DNA from: an uncultured delta proteobacterium
GTDB taxonomy: Bacteria > Myxococcota > Myxococcia > Myxococcales > Myxococcaceae
Reading direction: 5' to 3'
DNA: 64,000 nucleotides
NCBI GenBank assembly: GCA_963771175.1
Contig: CAVYSY010000038.1
Span: 64,001-128,000, forward strand
Shown here: positions 11,396 through 20,957 of the stretch, one piece after another
Numbering within the stretch: the first letter of the stretch is position 1
Layout: the number at the start of each line of letters is the position of its first letter
Translations under genes and position numbers: made by a program
The notes under the pieces: model-generated
What the model was told of the DNA's origin: nothing
Seen by the model: only the letters and a program-made list of their open reading frames with translations
Databases searched by the model: none

Positions 11396-12416
11396 CTACT
11401 TGAACTCCTCTGCTGAACGCCCGAGCCACTCGAGTGCGTTGCGCCACAGCAGCCGCTCCCGGGTGGAAGCGTCGAAGTCCGGGAGGGACTCCATCAGGGT
11501 GCCCGGCCGGTCCTCGCCCAGCGGGAAGGGATAGTCGGTGCCCAGGGCCACCTTGTCCGGGCCGAACAGCCGCACGATGAAGCGCAGCGTCTCCGGGTCG
11601 TGCACCAGCGAGTCCACGTAGAAGCGGCCCAGGTACTCGCGCGGCGGCACCGGGTTGTCGACCGCGCACGAGGTCCGGCCGCGCCTCGAAGCCGTGCTCG
11701 ATGCGGCCGAAGGTGCCCGGGAAGGCGCCGCCGCCGTGCGCGAAGGCGACCCGCAGCTTCGGCAGCCGCTCCAGCACGCCGCAGAACAGGAGCGAGCAGA
11801 TGGCGAGCGCGATCTCGGCCGGCATGCCCACGAGCCAGGGCATCCAGTACTTCTTCATCCGCGCCTCGCCCAGCATGTCCCAGGGATGGACGAAGACCGC
11901 CGCGCCCAGCTCGGCCGCCGCCTCGAAGACGGGGAAGAGCTCCGGGTCGTCCAGGTTCCAGTGCCGTTGACGTGGCGTGCCGATCTGCACGCCCGGCGAG
12001 GCCCAGCTCGCGCACGCAGCGCTCCAGCTCGCGCACGGCGAGCGCCGGGGACTGCAGCGGCACGGTGCCCAGGCCCACGAAGCGCCGCGGGTGCGCCGCG
12101 CACCACCGAGGCGAGGTGATCGTTGAGGAAGCGCGACAGGTCCAGCCCGTGCGCCGGCTTCGCCCAGTAGCTGAACATGACCGGCACGGTGGACAGCACC
12201 TGCACGCGCGACGCCGTGCGCGTCGCACTCCTCGAGGCGCTTCACCGGGTCCCAGCAGTTGCTCTCGATCTCCCGGAAGAACTTCCCGTCATCGCGCACC
12301 ATGCGCGCGCGGCACGGCGCGTGGTGCTCCAGGGTGATGAAGCCGCCGTAGCCGTAGCGCTCGGCGAAGCGCGGCAGCTCGGGCGGCAGCAGGTGGGTGT
12401 GGATGTCGATCTTCAT
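11396..12416 (-). CDS. 2-amino-3-carboxymuconate-6-semialdehyde decarboxylase (amidohydrolase family; frameshifted)
   Basis: MKIDIHTH metal motif, VQVLSTVPVMFSYW, VFVHPWDM, AHGGG, LGTDYPFPLG; pathway context. Confidence 0.85.
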
Positions 12417-12943
12417 GAGGCACGCGGCGGGCTGGGTCACCCGGGTGCCACAGCGCTTGCAGGTGCTGTGCTCCGGGCTGCCGTAGAAGCGGTCGAAGAT
12501 GGGCGGGAGCTGGGTGCACGATGTTGGTGACGTGGAGGAACTCCTCGTAGCAGCTTGTCGCCGCACTGCGCGCAGAACCACAGCGAAGCCGTCCAGCTCG
12601 CCGCGGCCGGCGGCGGCGCTCGATGCACCAGCCCCACCGTGCCCGCCGGCCGCTGCGGCGAGTGCGGCACCCCGGGCGGCAGCAGGAAGATCTCCCCCTC
12701 GCGGATGGGGACGTCCTCGGGCTTGCCGTCCTCGATGATGCGCAGGGTGATGTCGCCCTCGAGCTGGTAGAAGAACTCCTCGCCCTCGTTGACGTGGAAG
12801 TCGGTGCGCGCGTTCGGCCCGCCGACCACCATGACCATGAACTCGCGGTCCTGCCAGATCAGCTGGTTGCCCACGGGCGGCTTGAGCAGGTGGCGGTGCT
12901 CGTCGATCCACTTCTTGAAGTTGAGGGGCTTCAGTCGGCTCAT
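12413..12943 (-). CDS. nbaC: 3-hydroxyanthranilate 3,4-dioxygenase (frameshifted 3' half)
   Basis: HLLKPPVGN, VGGPNARTDFH, EEFFYQLEG, VPHSPQRP; rubredoxin-like CAQC and CKRC pairs. Confidence 0.9.
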
Positions 12944-12944
12944 C

Positions 12945-13370
12945 TCAGTCTCCAATGGTCGCGATGCACTTCAGCTCGATGGCAATCGGCGTGGGCAGGC
13001 GGTTGATTTCGAGCGTCGTGCGGCACGGCGGCGTGGGCACGTCCTTGAAGTACTCGGCCCACAGCCGGTTGTAGGTGGGGAAGTCCTTCTTCATGTCCGT
13101 GAGGTAGACCGTCACGTCCACCAGCCTGTCCCAGGACGAGCCCGCCTCCTCCAGGATGTAGCGCACGTTGCGGAACACCGAGTGGCACTGCGTCTCGATG
13201 TCGTAGGAGACGACGTTGCCCTCCGCGTCCAACTCGACGCCGGGAATCTTCTTGCTGCCGCGCTCGCGCGGGCCCACGCCGGAGAGGAAGAGCAGGTTGC
13301 CCACGCGCCGGGCGTGGGGATAGAGGCCCACCGGCTCCGGGGCCTTCTGGGAATCGATTCGGTCGCTCAT
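12945..13370 (-). CDS. RidA family protein, probable 2-aminomuconate deaminase
   Basis: PVGLYPHARRVGNLLFLSGVGP, PCRTTLEINRLPTPIAIELK; pathway context. Confidence 0.85.
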   Translation of the reverse strand: MSDRIDSQKAPEPVGLYPHARRVGNLLFLSGVGPRERGSKKIPGVELDAEGNVVSYDIETQCHSVFRNVRYILEEAGSSWDRLVDVTVYLTDMKKDFPTYNRLWAEYFKDVPTPPCRTTLEINRLPTPIAIELKCIATIGD

Positions 13371-13374
13371 AGCG

Positions 13375-14824
13375 TCCTCGCAAGCTGACGCACACGTTCT
13401 TGGGCTCGGTGAAGAAGCGCAGCGCGTCCCAGCCGCCCTCGCGCCCCACGCCCGAGTCCTTCACCCCGCCGAACGGCGTGCGCAGGTCGCGCAGCATCCA
13501 GCAGTTCACCCAGACGATGCCGCTCTGCAGCTTCGCCGGCGACGCGATGCGCCCGGCTCAGGTCCCGCGTCCACACGCTCGCCGCCAGGCCGTAGCGCGT
13601 GCCGTTGGCCCAGGCCAGCACCTCCTCTTCCTGTCTCGAAGGGCGTGAGCGTGGCCACCGGGCCGAAGATCTCCTCCTGGTTGGTGCGGCACGCGTGGCC
13701 CAGGCCCTCGATGAGCGTGGGCTCCACGAACCAGCCGTTGCGGCAGCGCCCCGGCACCTCCGCGCGCCTGCCGCCGGTGAGGACGCGGCCGCCCTCCTGG
13801 CGGGCCAGCTCGACGTAGCCCAGCACCTTCTCGAAGTGCTGCGGCGACACCAGCGCGCCCTGGTCGGTGCGCGGGCTCCAGCGGGTCTCCCACCTTCAGC
13901 GCCCGCGTGCGCGTCCACGAGCGCCTCCTTGAAGCGCTCGTAGATGGGGGCCTGCACGAAGATGCGCGAGCCGCAGAGACAGATCTGACCCTGGTTGGAG
14001 AAGGACGAGCGCACCGTGGTGGCCAGCGCCTCGTCGAAGTCGCAGTCGGCGAAGATGACGTTGGGGTTCTTGCCGCCCATCTCCAGCGAGAGCTTCTTGA
14101 AGAGCGGCGCGGCGGTGCGGGCGATTTCCGCGCCCGTGCGCGTGCTGCCGGTGAAGGAGATGGCGCTGATGTCCGGGTGGCGGCTCATCGGCGCGCCCAC
14201 CTTGGGGCCGAAGCCGTGGACGATGTTGAGCACGCCCGGCGGCAGCCCCGCCTCGCGACACACCTGCGCGAGCAGGTACGCCGTCATCGGCGTCACCTCG
14301 GAGGGCTTGGCCACCACGCAGTTACCGATGGCCAGCGCCGGGGCGATCTTCCAGGTGAGCAGGTACAGCGGCAGGTTCCACGGCGAGATGCACCCCACCA
14401 CCCCCAGCGGCGAGCGCAGCGTGTAGTTGAGCGCCACCCCGTCCGTGAGGTGCGCCTCGCTGGAGAACTGCGTCACCGCGTCCGCGAAGAACTCGAAGTT
14501 GAGGATGCTGCGCGGGATGTCCACCGTGGCGGCCACCTTCAGCGGCTTGCCGGTGTCGATGGACTCGGCGCGGGCGAAGGCCTCGGCCCGGGTGCGAATC
14601 GCGTCCGCGATGCGGCGCAGCAAACGCGCCCGCTCGGAAGCCGGGGTGGCGGCCCAGGAAGGGAAGGCACTCCGGGCGGCTTCCACGGCCCGCTGGACGT
14701 CCGCCTCGTCCGAGTCGGGCACCCGCACGGAGGGCTCCCCGGTGGCGGGGTCGGGCTTGTCGAACCAGACCTGCGAACTCGGGGGGACCAGCTCTCCGCC
14801 GATGTAGTTGAGGACCTTCTCCAC
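13375..14824 (-). CDS. 2-aminomuconate-semialdehyde dehydrogenase (ALDH8-like; frameshifted, 3' end approximate)
   Basis: ISPWNLPL, FTGST, LEMGGKN, catalytic NQGQICLCGSR, EEIFGPV, PFGGVKDSG. Confidence 0.85.
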
Positions 14825-15054
14825 GCGTGAATCCTCCTCTGGCAGCCGGCGCCTCGAATACCACGAGCCCCGAGTAGCGGCCACCTGGAGGGGAAACACA
14901 TAGCGTTCAATTTTGAAGCCCCCGGAGAGCAGAAGGGCGCTGCTTCCTCCACTTCGGGTGACTCGAATAAATCGAGGCTCCAATCGTCCGTAGCCACACA
15001 CGACGGGAGCGAAGTCGGGCTCCCAGTGCTGAACACCCCTAACGGATGAATACA

Positions 15055-15708
15055 ATGAACCGCCTCTCTTCCGCCGCCGTCGTCGTCTCCCTTCTCCTCA
15101 CCAGCGGCGCTTACGCCCAGGACTGGCGCAACCGCCAGGAGCGCACCCAGGACCGCCGTGAGCTTCGCCAGGACAAGCGCGAGCTCCGGGACGACCGGCG
15201 CGACGTGGCCGAGCTGGAGAACGTGCTGACGCGCTTCGACAGGGCCTGGGCGGAGAGGAACGAGCGCGAGATGACCTCGGTGGAAGCGCGGCTGCGGGAG
15301 CTGCTGCACGAGGAGCTGGCCGAGGGCCACGCCGAGCTGCAGCGGGACAAGGCCGAGGTGCGGCGGAGCAACCGGGAGGCGCGCTCGAACCGCCAAGAGG
15401 TGATGTGGGGCCGGCCGGATGACCGCCGGGACGCGCGGGACGATCGGCGCGACCGGCGGGACGACGTCCGGGACGCCAAGGTGGAGGCGGCCACGCAGCG
15501 GACGCGGGCGTACATCGCCCGGGAGCTGGCCACGCTCATGGGCAGCCGGTATTACTCGGATCTGCAGCGCCAGCGCTCGCTCATCGTGGAGCTCCTCCAG
15601 CTCGGCCAGCAGGAGGTGCAGCAGACCCGGCAGGAGCTGCATGAGGATCGGCAGGAGCGGCGCGAGGACCGGCGCGAGACGCGCGAGGACCGCCGCCGTC
15701 GTTATTAG
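15055..15708 (+). CDS. secreted, highly charged hypothetical protein with DRR-type repeats
   Basis: Signal peptide ending AYA-Q; repeated (Q/D)DRR(E/D)xR units; predicted coiled coil. Confidence 0.7.
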   Translation: MNRLSSAAVVVSLLLTSGAYAQDWRNRQERTQDRRELRQDKRELRDDRRDVAELENVLTRFDRAWAERNEREMTSVEARLRELLHEELAEGHAELQRDKAEVRRSNREARSNRQEVMWGRPDDRRDARDDRRDRRDDVRDAKVEAATQRTRAYIARELATLMGSRYYSDLQRQRSLIVELLQLGQQEVQQTRQELHEDRQERREDRRETREDRRRRY

Positions 15709-15802
15709 GCCCCCTTCCCTTCGGAGGCGGCCTCGACACGAGGCCGCTTGCGCTTCTCCCGGAGCACCGGAAAAGTTGCCGCTCCCCCGATTGGAGACGG
15801 CA

Positions 15803-16588
15803 ATGACGCAACACCCGCACGAGGAGCTGGCCCTGCTGCTGGACCAGGCACGCCTGGAGGCCCGCGAGATTCCGCCCCTCACCCAGCAACACCCGGACCT
15901 CACGCTCCCGGCCGCCTACGCCATCCAGGCCGAGGGCATCCGCCTGCGCACCACTCGCGGCGAGCGCGTGGTGGGCCTGAAGATGGGGCTCACCTCCGAG
16001 GCCAAGCGCCGGCAGATGAACCTGGACTCTCCGGTGTACGGAGTGCTCACGGACCGCATGCAGGTGCCCGCTGGCGGCACCCTCCGGCTCCAGGGCTCCA
16101 TCCACCCGAAGATTGAACCGGAGATCGCCTTCCGCACCTCGCGCGAGCTGCGCGGTCGCATCACCCGCGAGCAGGCGCTGGAGGCGTGCGCGAGCGTCTT
16201 CGCGGCGATGGAGATCCTCGACTCGCGCTACCGTGACTTCAAGTACTTCTCCCTGCCCGACGTGGTGGCGGACAACTCCTCGTCCTCCCTCTTCGTCCTG
16301 GGCACCACCGAGCGCCCGCCGCGCGAGCTGGACCTGCCCCGACTCGAGATGGTGATGGAGGTGAATGGCGAGCGCGTCCAGGCGGCGCGCTCGGACGCCA
16401 TCTCGGGAGACCCGCTGCTGTCCGTCGTCCAGTTGTGCGAGCTGCTCGACGCGCGGGGCGAGTCCCTGCCCGCCGGCAGCATCGTGCTCGCCGGCGCCGC
16501 CACCGCGGCCCACATGCTGCGGCCCGGAGACCGCGTCCGTCTCACCGTCGAAGGACTGGGAGAGGTCGCGGTCTCCGTCGAGCCCTGA
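15803..16588 (+). CDS. 4-oxalocrotonate decarboxylase / 2-keto-4-pentenoate hydratase family (FAH superfamily)
   Basis: GLKMGLTS, HPKIEPEIAF, MEILDSR, VVADNSSS, GSIVLAG. Confidence 0.85.
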   Translation: MTQHPHEELALLLDQARLEAREIPPLTQQHPDLTLPAAYAIQAEGIRLRTTRGERVVGLKMGLTSEAKRRQMNLDSPVYGVLTDRMQVPAGGTLRLQGSIHPKIEPEIAFRTSRELRGRITREQALEACASVFAAMEILDSRYRDFKYFSLPDVVADNSSSSLFVLGTTERPPRELDLPRLEMVMEVNGERVQAARSDAISGDPLLSVVQLCELLDARGESLPAGSIVLAGAATAAHMLRPGDRVRLTVEGLGEVAVSVEP

Positions 16589-16598
16589 GGGCCCCCCG

Positions 16599-18203
16599 CT
16601 ACTCGCCTCGGTAGATGCCGACGGCCCCGGGATTCCCGTACTCGTCGCGCCGGAAGGCCACCAGCACCCGGCGCGACGAGCCACTGCCCACGGCCTGGAT
16701 GTCCCAGACGGGGCGGTGCGAGAGGGGGCCGAGCGTCTGGCTGTAGCGCATCACCGTGTCCCCCTTCAGCCGGGTCAGCCCGCCGCTCCAGCGGTGCCCG
16801 ACCCAGAGGCTGTCGTCGCTCGGGTCACGCGCCAGCGCGGAGATGAAGCGGTCCGAGCCGGTGTTGAGCGTGTACTGCAGCACCACACCCGTCGCGTCCA
16901 TGCGGGCCAGCCCCCATGCGAAGGAGCTCACCCACACCGAGCCATCCGGCATCAGCGCCAGGCCGGACACCAGGTCGTCCACCCGGTCCCCGGGGCCGGG
17001 AATCCCCACCTCGTCCACCAGGTCCGGCCAGAGGTCGATACGGTTCTTGATGGCGGAGCGGTTCTCCGTCTGCTTGCGCGCCAGCTCGAAGTCCCTCGGG
17101 GTCTTCACGGTCATGAAGCGGAAGCGCGTGGAGCGGTTGGCCCCGCCGAACCACACGTCCCCATCCGGCCGCACCGCGATGCCGTAGTAGGCGTCCGTGA
17201 GCCGGAACTCGTGGCCCGCCGCGTCCTTCGCCACGATGTGCGCGTGCGTGTGCTCCAGCACTCCCGAGCATTCGCGCTTGCCGTTGCAGGTGGGGTTGGC
17301 CTGATGGTTCGGGTCACCCCACGCGAAGGCATGGTTGGCGCCAAACCACAGGTTGCCGTGCGCCTTGTCCCAGGCGATGCGCAGGACGGAGCAGAGCTTC
17401 TCGCGACCACCGGCCTCCTCGCCAATCACGCCCGGGCCGGACGAGATGTCGTAGTGGTCGACCCGGATGCCCGTGCCCGTCAGCGTGACCCTGTCCGCGT
17501 CACCACTCTTGTAGACGTTCGGGTTCTTCGCGCCCGCCTTGTAGTAGTTGCTCTCGCAGTCCGCCTGACCCTCGTAGCCCACGAACACCGTGCCCGCCGG
17601 GCCGCCCGTCACCGCGATGACCTTGAGGTACTTCGGCCCGACCGGCGCGCTCCCATCCTTCATGTAGCCATAGGGCCGCAGGCCATCGTCCATCGTGAAG
17701 CGCTCGAAGGTGCTCGACCCCGGACGCAGGAGGAACAGGCCCTCCTCGCCACCGGCCACCCAGACGTTGCCGCCCTCGTCCTCCGTGACGCCAAACACAT
17801 CCTGGGGCGCGCCCCGCGCCGGGCCGTAGAACGTCCACCCCCGCGCGTCCGGGTAGACGACGGTGCCCGCGTCAGCAGTACCCGCGTCCACCGGCTCCAC
17901 GGGAGGCTCACCCGCGTCCGGTCTCTCCGGTTCGGGGGGAGGTTCCTCGTCGTCCGGCTCGGAGTTTTCGTCCCCCGGCCCGTGGTCGTCCTCGTCGGGT
18001 ACCGGCTCCCCATCATCGATGACCGGGTCCTCATCATCGACGACCGTGCCGGCATCCTCGGGAGATGGAAGGCCGGGCGTGCTCCCCGTGCCCTGGTCAT
18101 CCTGCTCCGTCGAGGGCGAAGCCGGCTGGCTCCCACCTCTACATGCCAGCGTGACCACCAACAACCCCACCAGCCCCCACTTCCACCCTCGCCGCCCGCT
18201 CAT
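16599..18203 (-). CDS. hypothetical lipoprotein with an acidic Pro-rich linker and probable beta-propeller
   Basis: Lipobox-like VTLAC; D/E/P-rich linker; repeated D-x-x-G-x-[VL]-W-[VF] blades (GNVWV, GNLWF, GDVWF, GSVWV, DSLWV). Confidence 0.7.
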   Translation of the reverse strand: MSGRRGWKWGLVGLLVVTLACRGGSQPASPSTEQDDQGTGSTPGLPSPEDAGTVVDDEDPVIDDGEPVPDEDDHGPGDENSEPDDEEPPPEPERPDAGEPPVEPVDAGTADAGTVVYPDARGWTFYGPARGAPQDVFGVTEDEGGNVWVAGGEEGLFLLRPGSSTFERFTMDDGLRPYGYMKDGSAPVGPKYLKVIAVTGGPAGTVFVGYEGQADCESNYYKAGAKNPNVYKSGDADRVTLTGTGIRVDHYDISSGPGVIGEEAGGREKLCSVLRIAWDKAHGNLWFGANHAFAWGDPNHQANPTCNGKRECSGVLEHTHAHIVAKDAAGHEFRLTDAYYGIAVRPDGDVWFGGANRSTRFRFMTVKTPRDFELARKQTENRSAIKNRIDLWPDLVDEVGIPGPGDRVDDLVSGLALMPDGSVWVSSFAWGLARMDATGVVLQYTLNTGSDRFISALARDPSDDSLWVGHRWSGGLTRLKGDTVMRYSQTLGPLSHRPVWDIQAVGSGSSRRVLVAFRRDEYGNPGAVGIYRGE

Positions 18204-18264
18204 ACCCCGGTACGCCTCCGCCGCTCGCCGCCGGACACTCCGTCCAGTGTCATACGGAAGCATC

Positions 18265-18279
18265 GCAAGCGGAGTGCCA
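18265..18279 (-). promoter_or_regulatory. putative sigma-54 (-24/-12) promoter
   Basis: Minus strand reads TGGCAC-TCCGC-TTGC with exact GG-N10-GC spacing, ~60 bp upstream of the 18203 start. Confidence 0.6.
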
Positions 18280-18394
18280 TGGCCAGGGGCACGTCAAGGC
18301 CTGACACCGCACAGCGGGTGGGCAACTTCGTCGCCACCGGGAGCAGTCACCTGCTCCGTGTGAGCAAGGACGAGGACCGCGGCTGGGGCGCGAC

Positions 18395-18679
18395 TCAGGA
18401 GGACTCGTCGCCCTTCCGAGAGCCTCCGCGGGCCCTGTTCTTGTCCACGATGGCCACCAGGATGAGCACGAAGGCGAGCAGCCGGATGGAGTACGCCGCG
18501 ACGACGTGCTCGTTGTTGTTCCGCAGCGCCAACACCACCACCCGGTGCAGCGCCATCAGCCAGAAGGAGGCGGCGAAGAACGCGAAGAACCGGTCGCGCG
18601 TCTTCCGCCAGAACCGGAGGAAGAACAGCCCCGCGACACAGCACAGGGCGAACACGGTGCCGGAGAGGAAGTCGTTCAT
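18395..18679 (-). CDS. small membrane protein (DUF5985-like), second copy
   Basis: MNDFLSG..GLFFLRFWRKTRDRFFAFFA..IRLLAFVLILVAIVDKNR; three hydrophobic segments. Confidence 0.7.
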   Translation of the reverse strand: MNDFLSGTVFALCCVAGLFFLRFWRKTRDRFFAFFAASFWLMALHRVVVLALRNNNEHVVAAYSIRLLAFVLILVAIVDKNRARGGSRKGDESS

Positions 18680-18937
18680 TCGGAATCCCAGACGCAGGCC
18701 GAATATCAGGAGCCCGAGTGACACGAGCGCGGACAGGTGCCGGAACGTGGTCAGGTCCGGCCCCTTGGGCATGACCATCAGGTCCACCACCAGCAGGACG
18801 TTGTTCACCGCCAACCCGACGAAGCAGAGGCTGCTCCACAGCAGCAGGGGCACCCGGTTCCGGGCGTATCCCCGCAGGAGCAGCACCGCGCAGGCGAGGC
18901 TGGTCGCCGCACACAGAAGGAAGACCACGTCAGCCAT
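18676..18937 (-). CDS. small membrane protein (DUF5985-like), first copy
   Basis: LCAATSLACAVLLLRGY..LLLWSSLCFVGLAVNN; removing one base gives ..FGLVWDSE-stop overlapping the next ATG (ATGA), so the fused 190-aa ORF is probably an artefact. Confidence 0.7.
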
Positions 18938-19328
18938 TGTCATCGTCCCTCCGAATCCGGAAGGCATCGGCGAAAGTCCGGATCTTGTCGACCGGCTTGG
19001 AGAAGATGAGGTTGATGACGCTCACCCGGCGCTCCGAATACGCCTTCGCGAGACCGCGCACCGCTTCATCCAGCATCGCGCTCTCCGAGGCATAGCGGTA
19101 CTCCACCGGTTTGCCTTCCTTCCGGGCCATGAGGCCGGAATGCGTCATGTCCTCCAGCCGCTCACCCGCGGAGACAGAGGCTATCCGCAGCTCGCGCGCC
19201 ACCGATTCCGCGTCCCAGGTCCGCTCCGGGTGCTGGTACAGCAGCAGGAGAGTCTCCAACTGCTCCACCGAATCGATGTGCTCGGCGATGAACCGCCGCA
19301 CCTCTTCGGGAAGATTGCTCGGGCGCAA
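18930..19328 (-). CDS. conserved hypothetical protein (possible winged-helix)
   Basis: FIAEHIDSVEQLETLLLL..W.AESVARELRI..YSERRVSVINLIFSKP..IRTFADAF; overlaps the next gene. Confidence 0.7.
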   Translation of the reverse strand: MRPSNLPEEVRRFIAEHIDSVEQLETLLLLYQHPERTWDAESVARELRIASVSAGERLEDMTHSGLMARKEGKPVEYRYASESAMLDEAVRGLAKAYSERRVSVINLIFSKPVDKIRTFADAFRIRRDDDNG

Positions 19329-19364
19329 ACCTCATCCCCTTCTTACTGCCTGTCTCGGACCACC

Positions 19365-20957
19365 TCAGGGCCGGGGCGCTTGCTCCGGGGAGGCGGACCG
19401 TACAGGCAACCGGACGTGGAAAGTGCTGCCTTCCTTCTCAATGCCCTGGGACTCGGCCCAGATACGTCCACCATGCTGCTCGATGATGCCCTGGGAGATG
19501 GTCAGCCCCAGGCCGAGACCGCCGTAGCGGGCCCCATGGGCCTGACCGAAGCGCTCGAAGATGGTCGCCAGCTTCTCCGCGGGGATGCCAACGCCGTGGT
19601 CGCGCACCTGCAGCGCCACCTCCCCGTCCTCGAGCCACGCCCGCAGCTCCACCGGTCCACCCTGGGGCGAGTAGCGGATGGCGTTGGACACCAGGTTGGT
19701 CACCACCTGCTCGATGCGCCCCGGATCGCCCCACATGAGCAGCCGCTCGGGAGCCTCCACCTTCAGCCGGTGCTCGGAGGAGAGCGCCTGCAGCCGCTCG
19801 CAGGTGGCGTGCAGCAGCGGCACCAGGTCGAACTCCTCCACCTCCAGCGACAACCGGCCCGTGAGCAGCCGGCTCACGTCCAGCAGGTCCGAGACCAGCT
19901 TCGTCATCCGGTCCACCTGCCGGTCCAACCCCTCGAAGGCCCGGCTCGTCCCGTGAGTCAGCTCGGCGCCGTATTTGCGCCTGGCGAGCTGCACCTGCAT
20001 CTTCGCCGCGGCCAGGGGCGTGCGCAGCTCGTGCGAGGCCGCGGCCAGGAAGGTGTCCTTGGCGGCATTGGCGTGGGCCAGCTCCTGCTCGGCCTGCTTC
20101 TGGTCGTCGATGTCCGTGGCGGTGACAATCCACCCGGTGATGCGCCCGCGCTCGTTGCGCTCCGGGACGGCCCGGCCCAGGTGCCAGCGGTAGCTCAGGT
20201 CACTGCGGCGGCGCAGCCGGAACTGCACCTCGAAGGGCTGGCCGGTGTGCACGGACTGGCACCAGTCCTCGTGCACCGATTGCCGATCCTCCGGGTGCAC
20301 CACCTCCGAGCGCCACAAGTCCACCACCGCCTCGGCGGGCAGGCCGGACAGCTCCGTCCAGGCCCGGTTGCCATAGCGCAGCGTCCCATCCGCGGTGGCG
20401 GCGAACACACACAGGGGCATGGCGTCGCCCAGCAGGCGGTAGCGGTATGCGCTCTCCCGCTCCAGGGCCTCGCGCTCGCGCTGGCGCAGCAGGGCCTCCT
20501 GCCGCTTGAGCTGCTCCTCCTTGATGAAGAGCTCCACGAAGACGGAGACCTTCGAGCGCAGGATTTCCGGCGCGAAGGGCTTGAGGACGTAGTCCACCGC
20601 GCCCTGTGCGTAGCCGCGGAAGACGTGCGAGGCGTCCCGGCTGCGCGCGGTGAGGAAGATGATGGGGATGAAGCGCGAGCGCTCGCGCTCCTTGATGAGC
20701 CGGGCCGTCTCGAAGCCGTCGAGCCCGGGCATCTGGACATCCAACAGGATGAGGGCGAAGTCCTCGCGCAGCAGGTGCAGGAGGGCCTCTTCGCCGGAGT
20801 GGGCCTTCACCACCTCACCCAGGTCGCCGAGGGTGGCTTCCAGGGTGAGGAGGTTGGGAGCGTGGTCGTCGACCACCAGGATGCGTGCCCGCGGCAGCTC
20901 CGACAAGACCTGGAAGCCGCCCCCCTTCCCACCCTCCGACCACGTCATCACGGTCAT
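19365..20957 (-). CDS. receiver-PAS-histidine kinase
   Basis: REC motifs ILVVDD and LLDVQMPGLDG; PAS VHPED..WHLGRA; H-box [28 protein letters not shown] overlap with the upstream kinase. Confidence 0.9.
   Translation of the reverse strand: MTVMTWSEGGKGGGFQVLSELPRARILVVDDHAPNLLTLEATLGDLGEVVKAHSGEEALLHLLREDFALILLDVQMPGLDGFETARLIKERERSRFIPIIFLTARSRDASHVFRGYAQGAVDYVLKPFAPEILRSKVSVFVELFIKEEQLKRQEALLRQREREALERESAYRYRLLGDAMPLCVFAATADGTLRYGNRAWTELSGLPAEAVVDLWRSEVVHPEDRQSVHEDWCQSVHTGQPFEVQFRLRRRSDLSYRWHLGRAVPERNERGRITGWIVTATDIDDQKQAEQELAHANAAKDTFLAAASHELRTPLAAAKMQVQLARRKYGAELTHGTSRAFEGLDRQVDRMTKLVSDLLDVSRLLTGRLSLEVEEFDLVPLLHATCERLQALSSEHRLKVEAPERLLMWGDPGRIEQVVTNLVSNAIRYSPQGGPVELRAWLEDGEVALQVRDHGVGIPAEKLATIFERFGQAHGARYGGLGLGLTISQGIIEQHGGRIWAESQGIEKEGSTFHVRLPVRSASPEQAPRP

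Noticed and set aside
18395..18967. Single fused 190-aa membrane protein
   Set aside because: A one-base correction restores a stop overlapping the next ATG, giving two small genes
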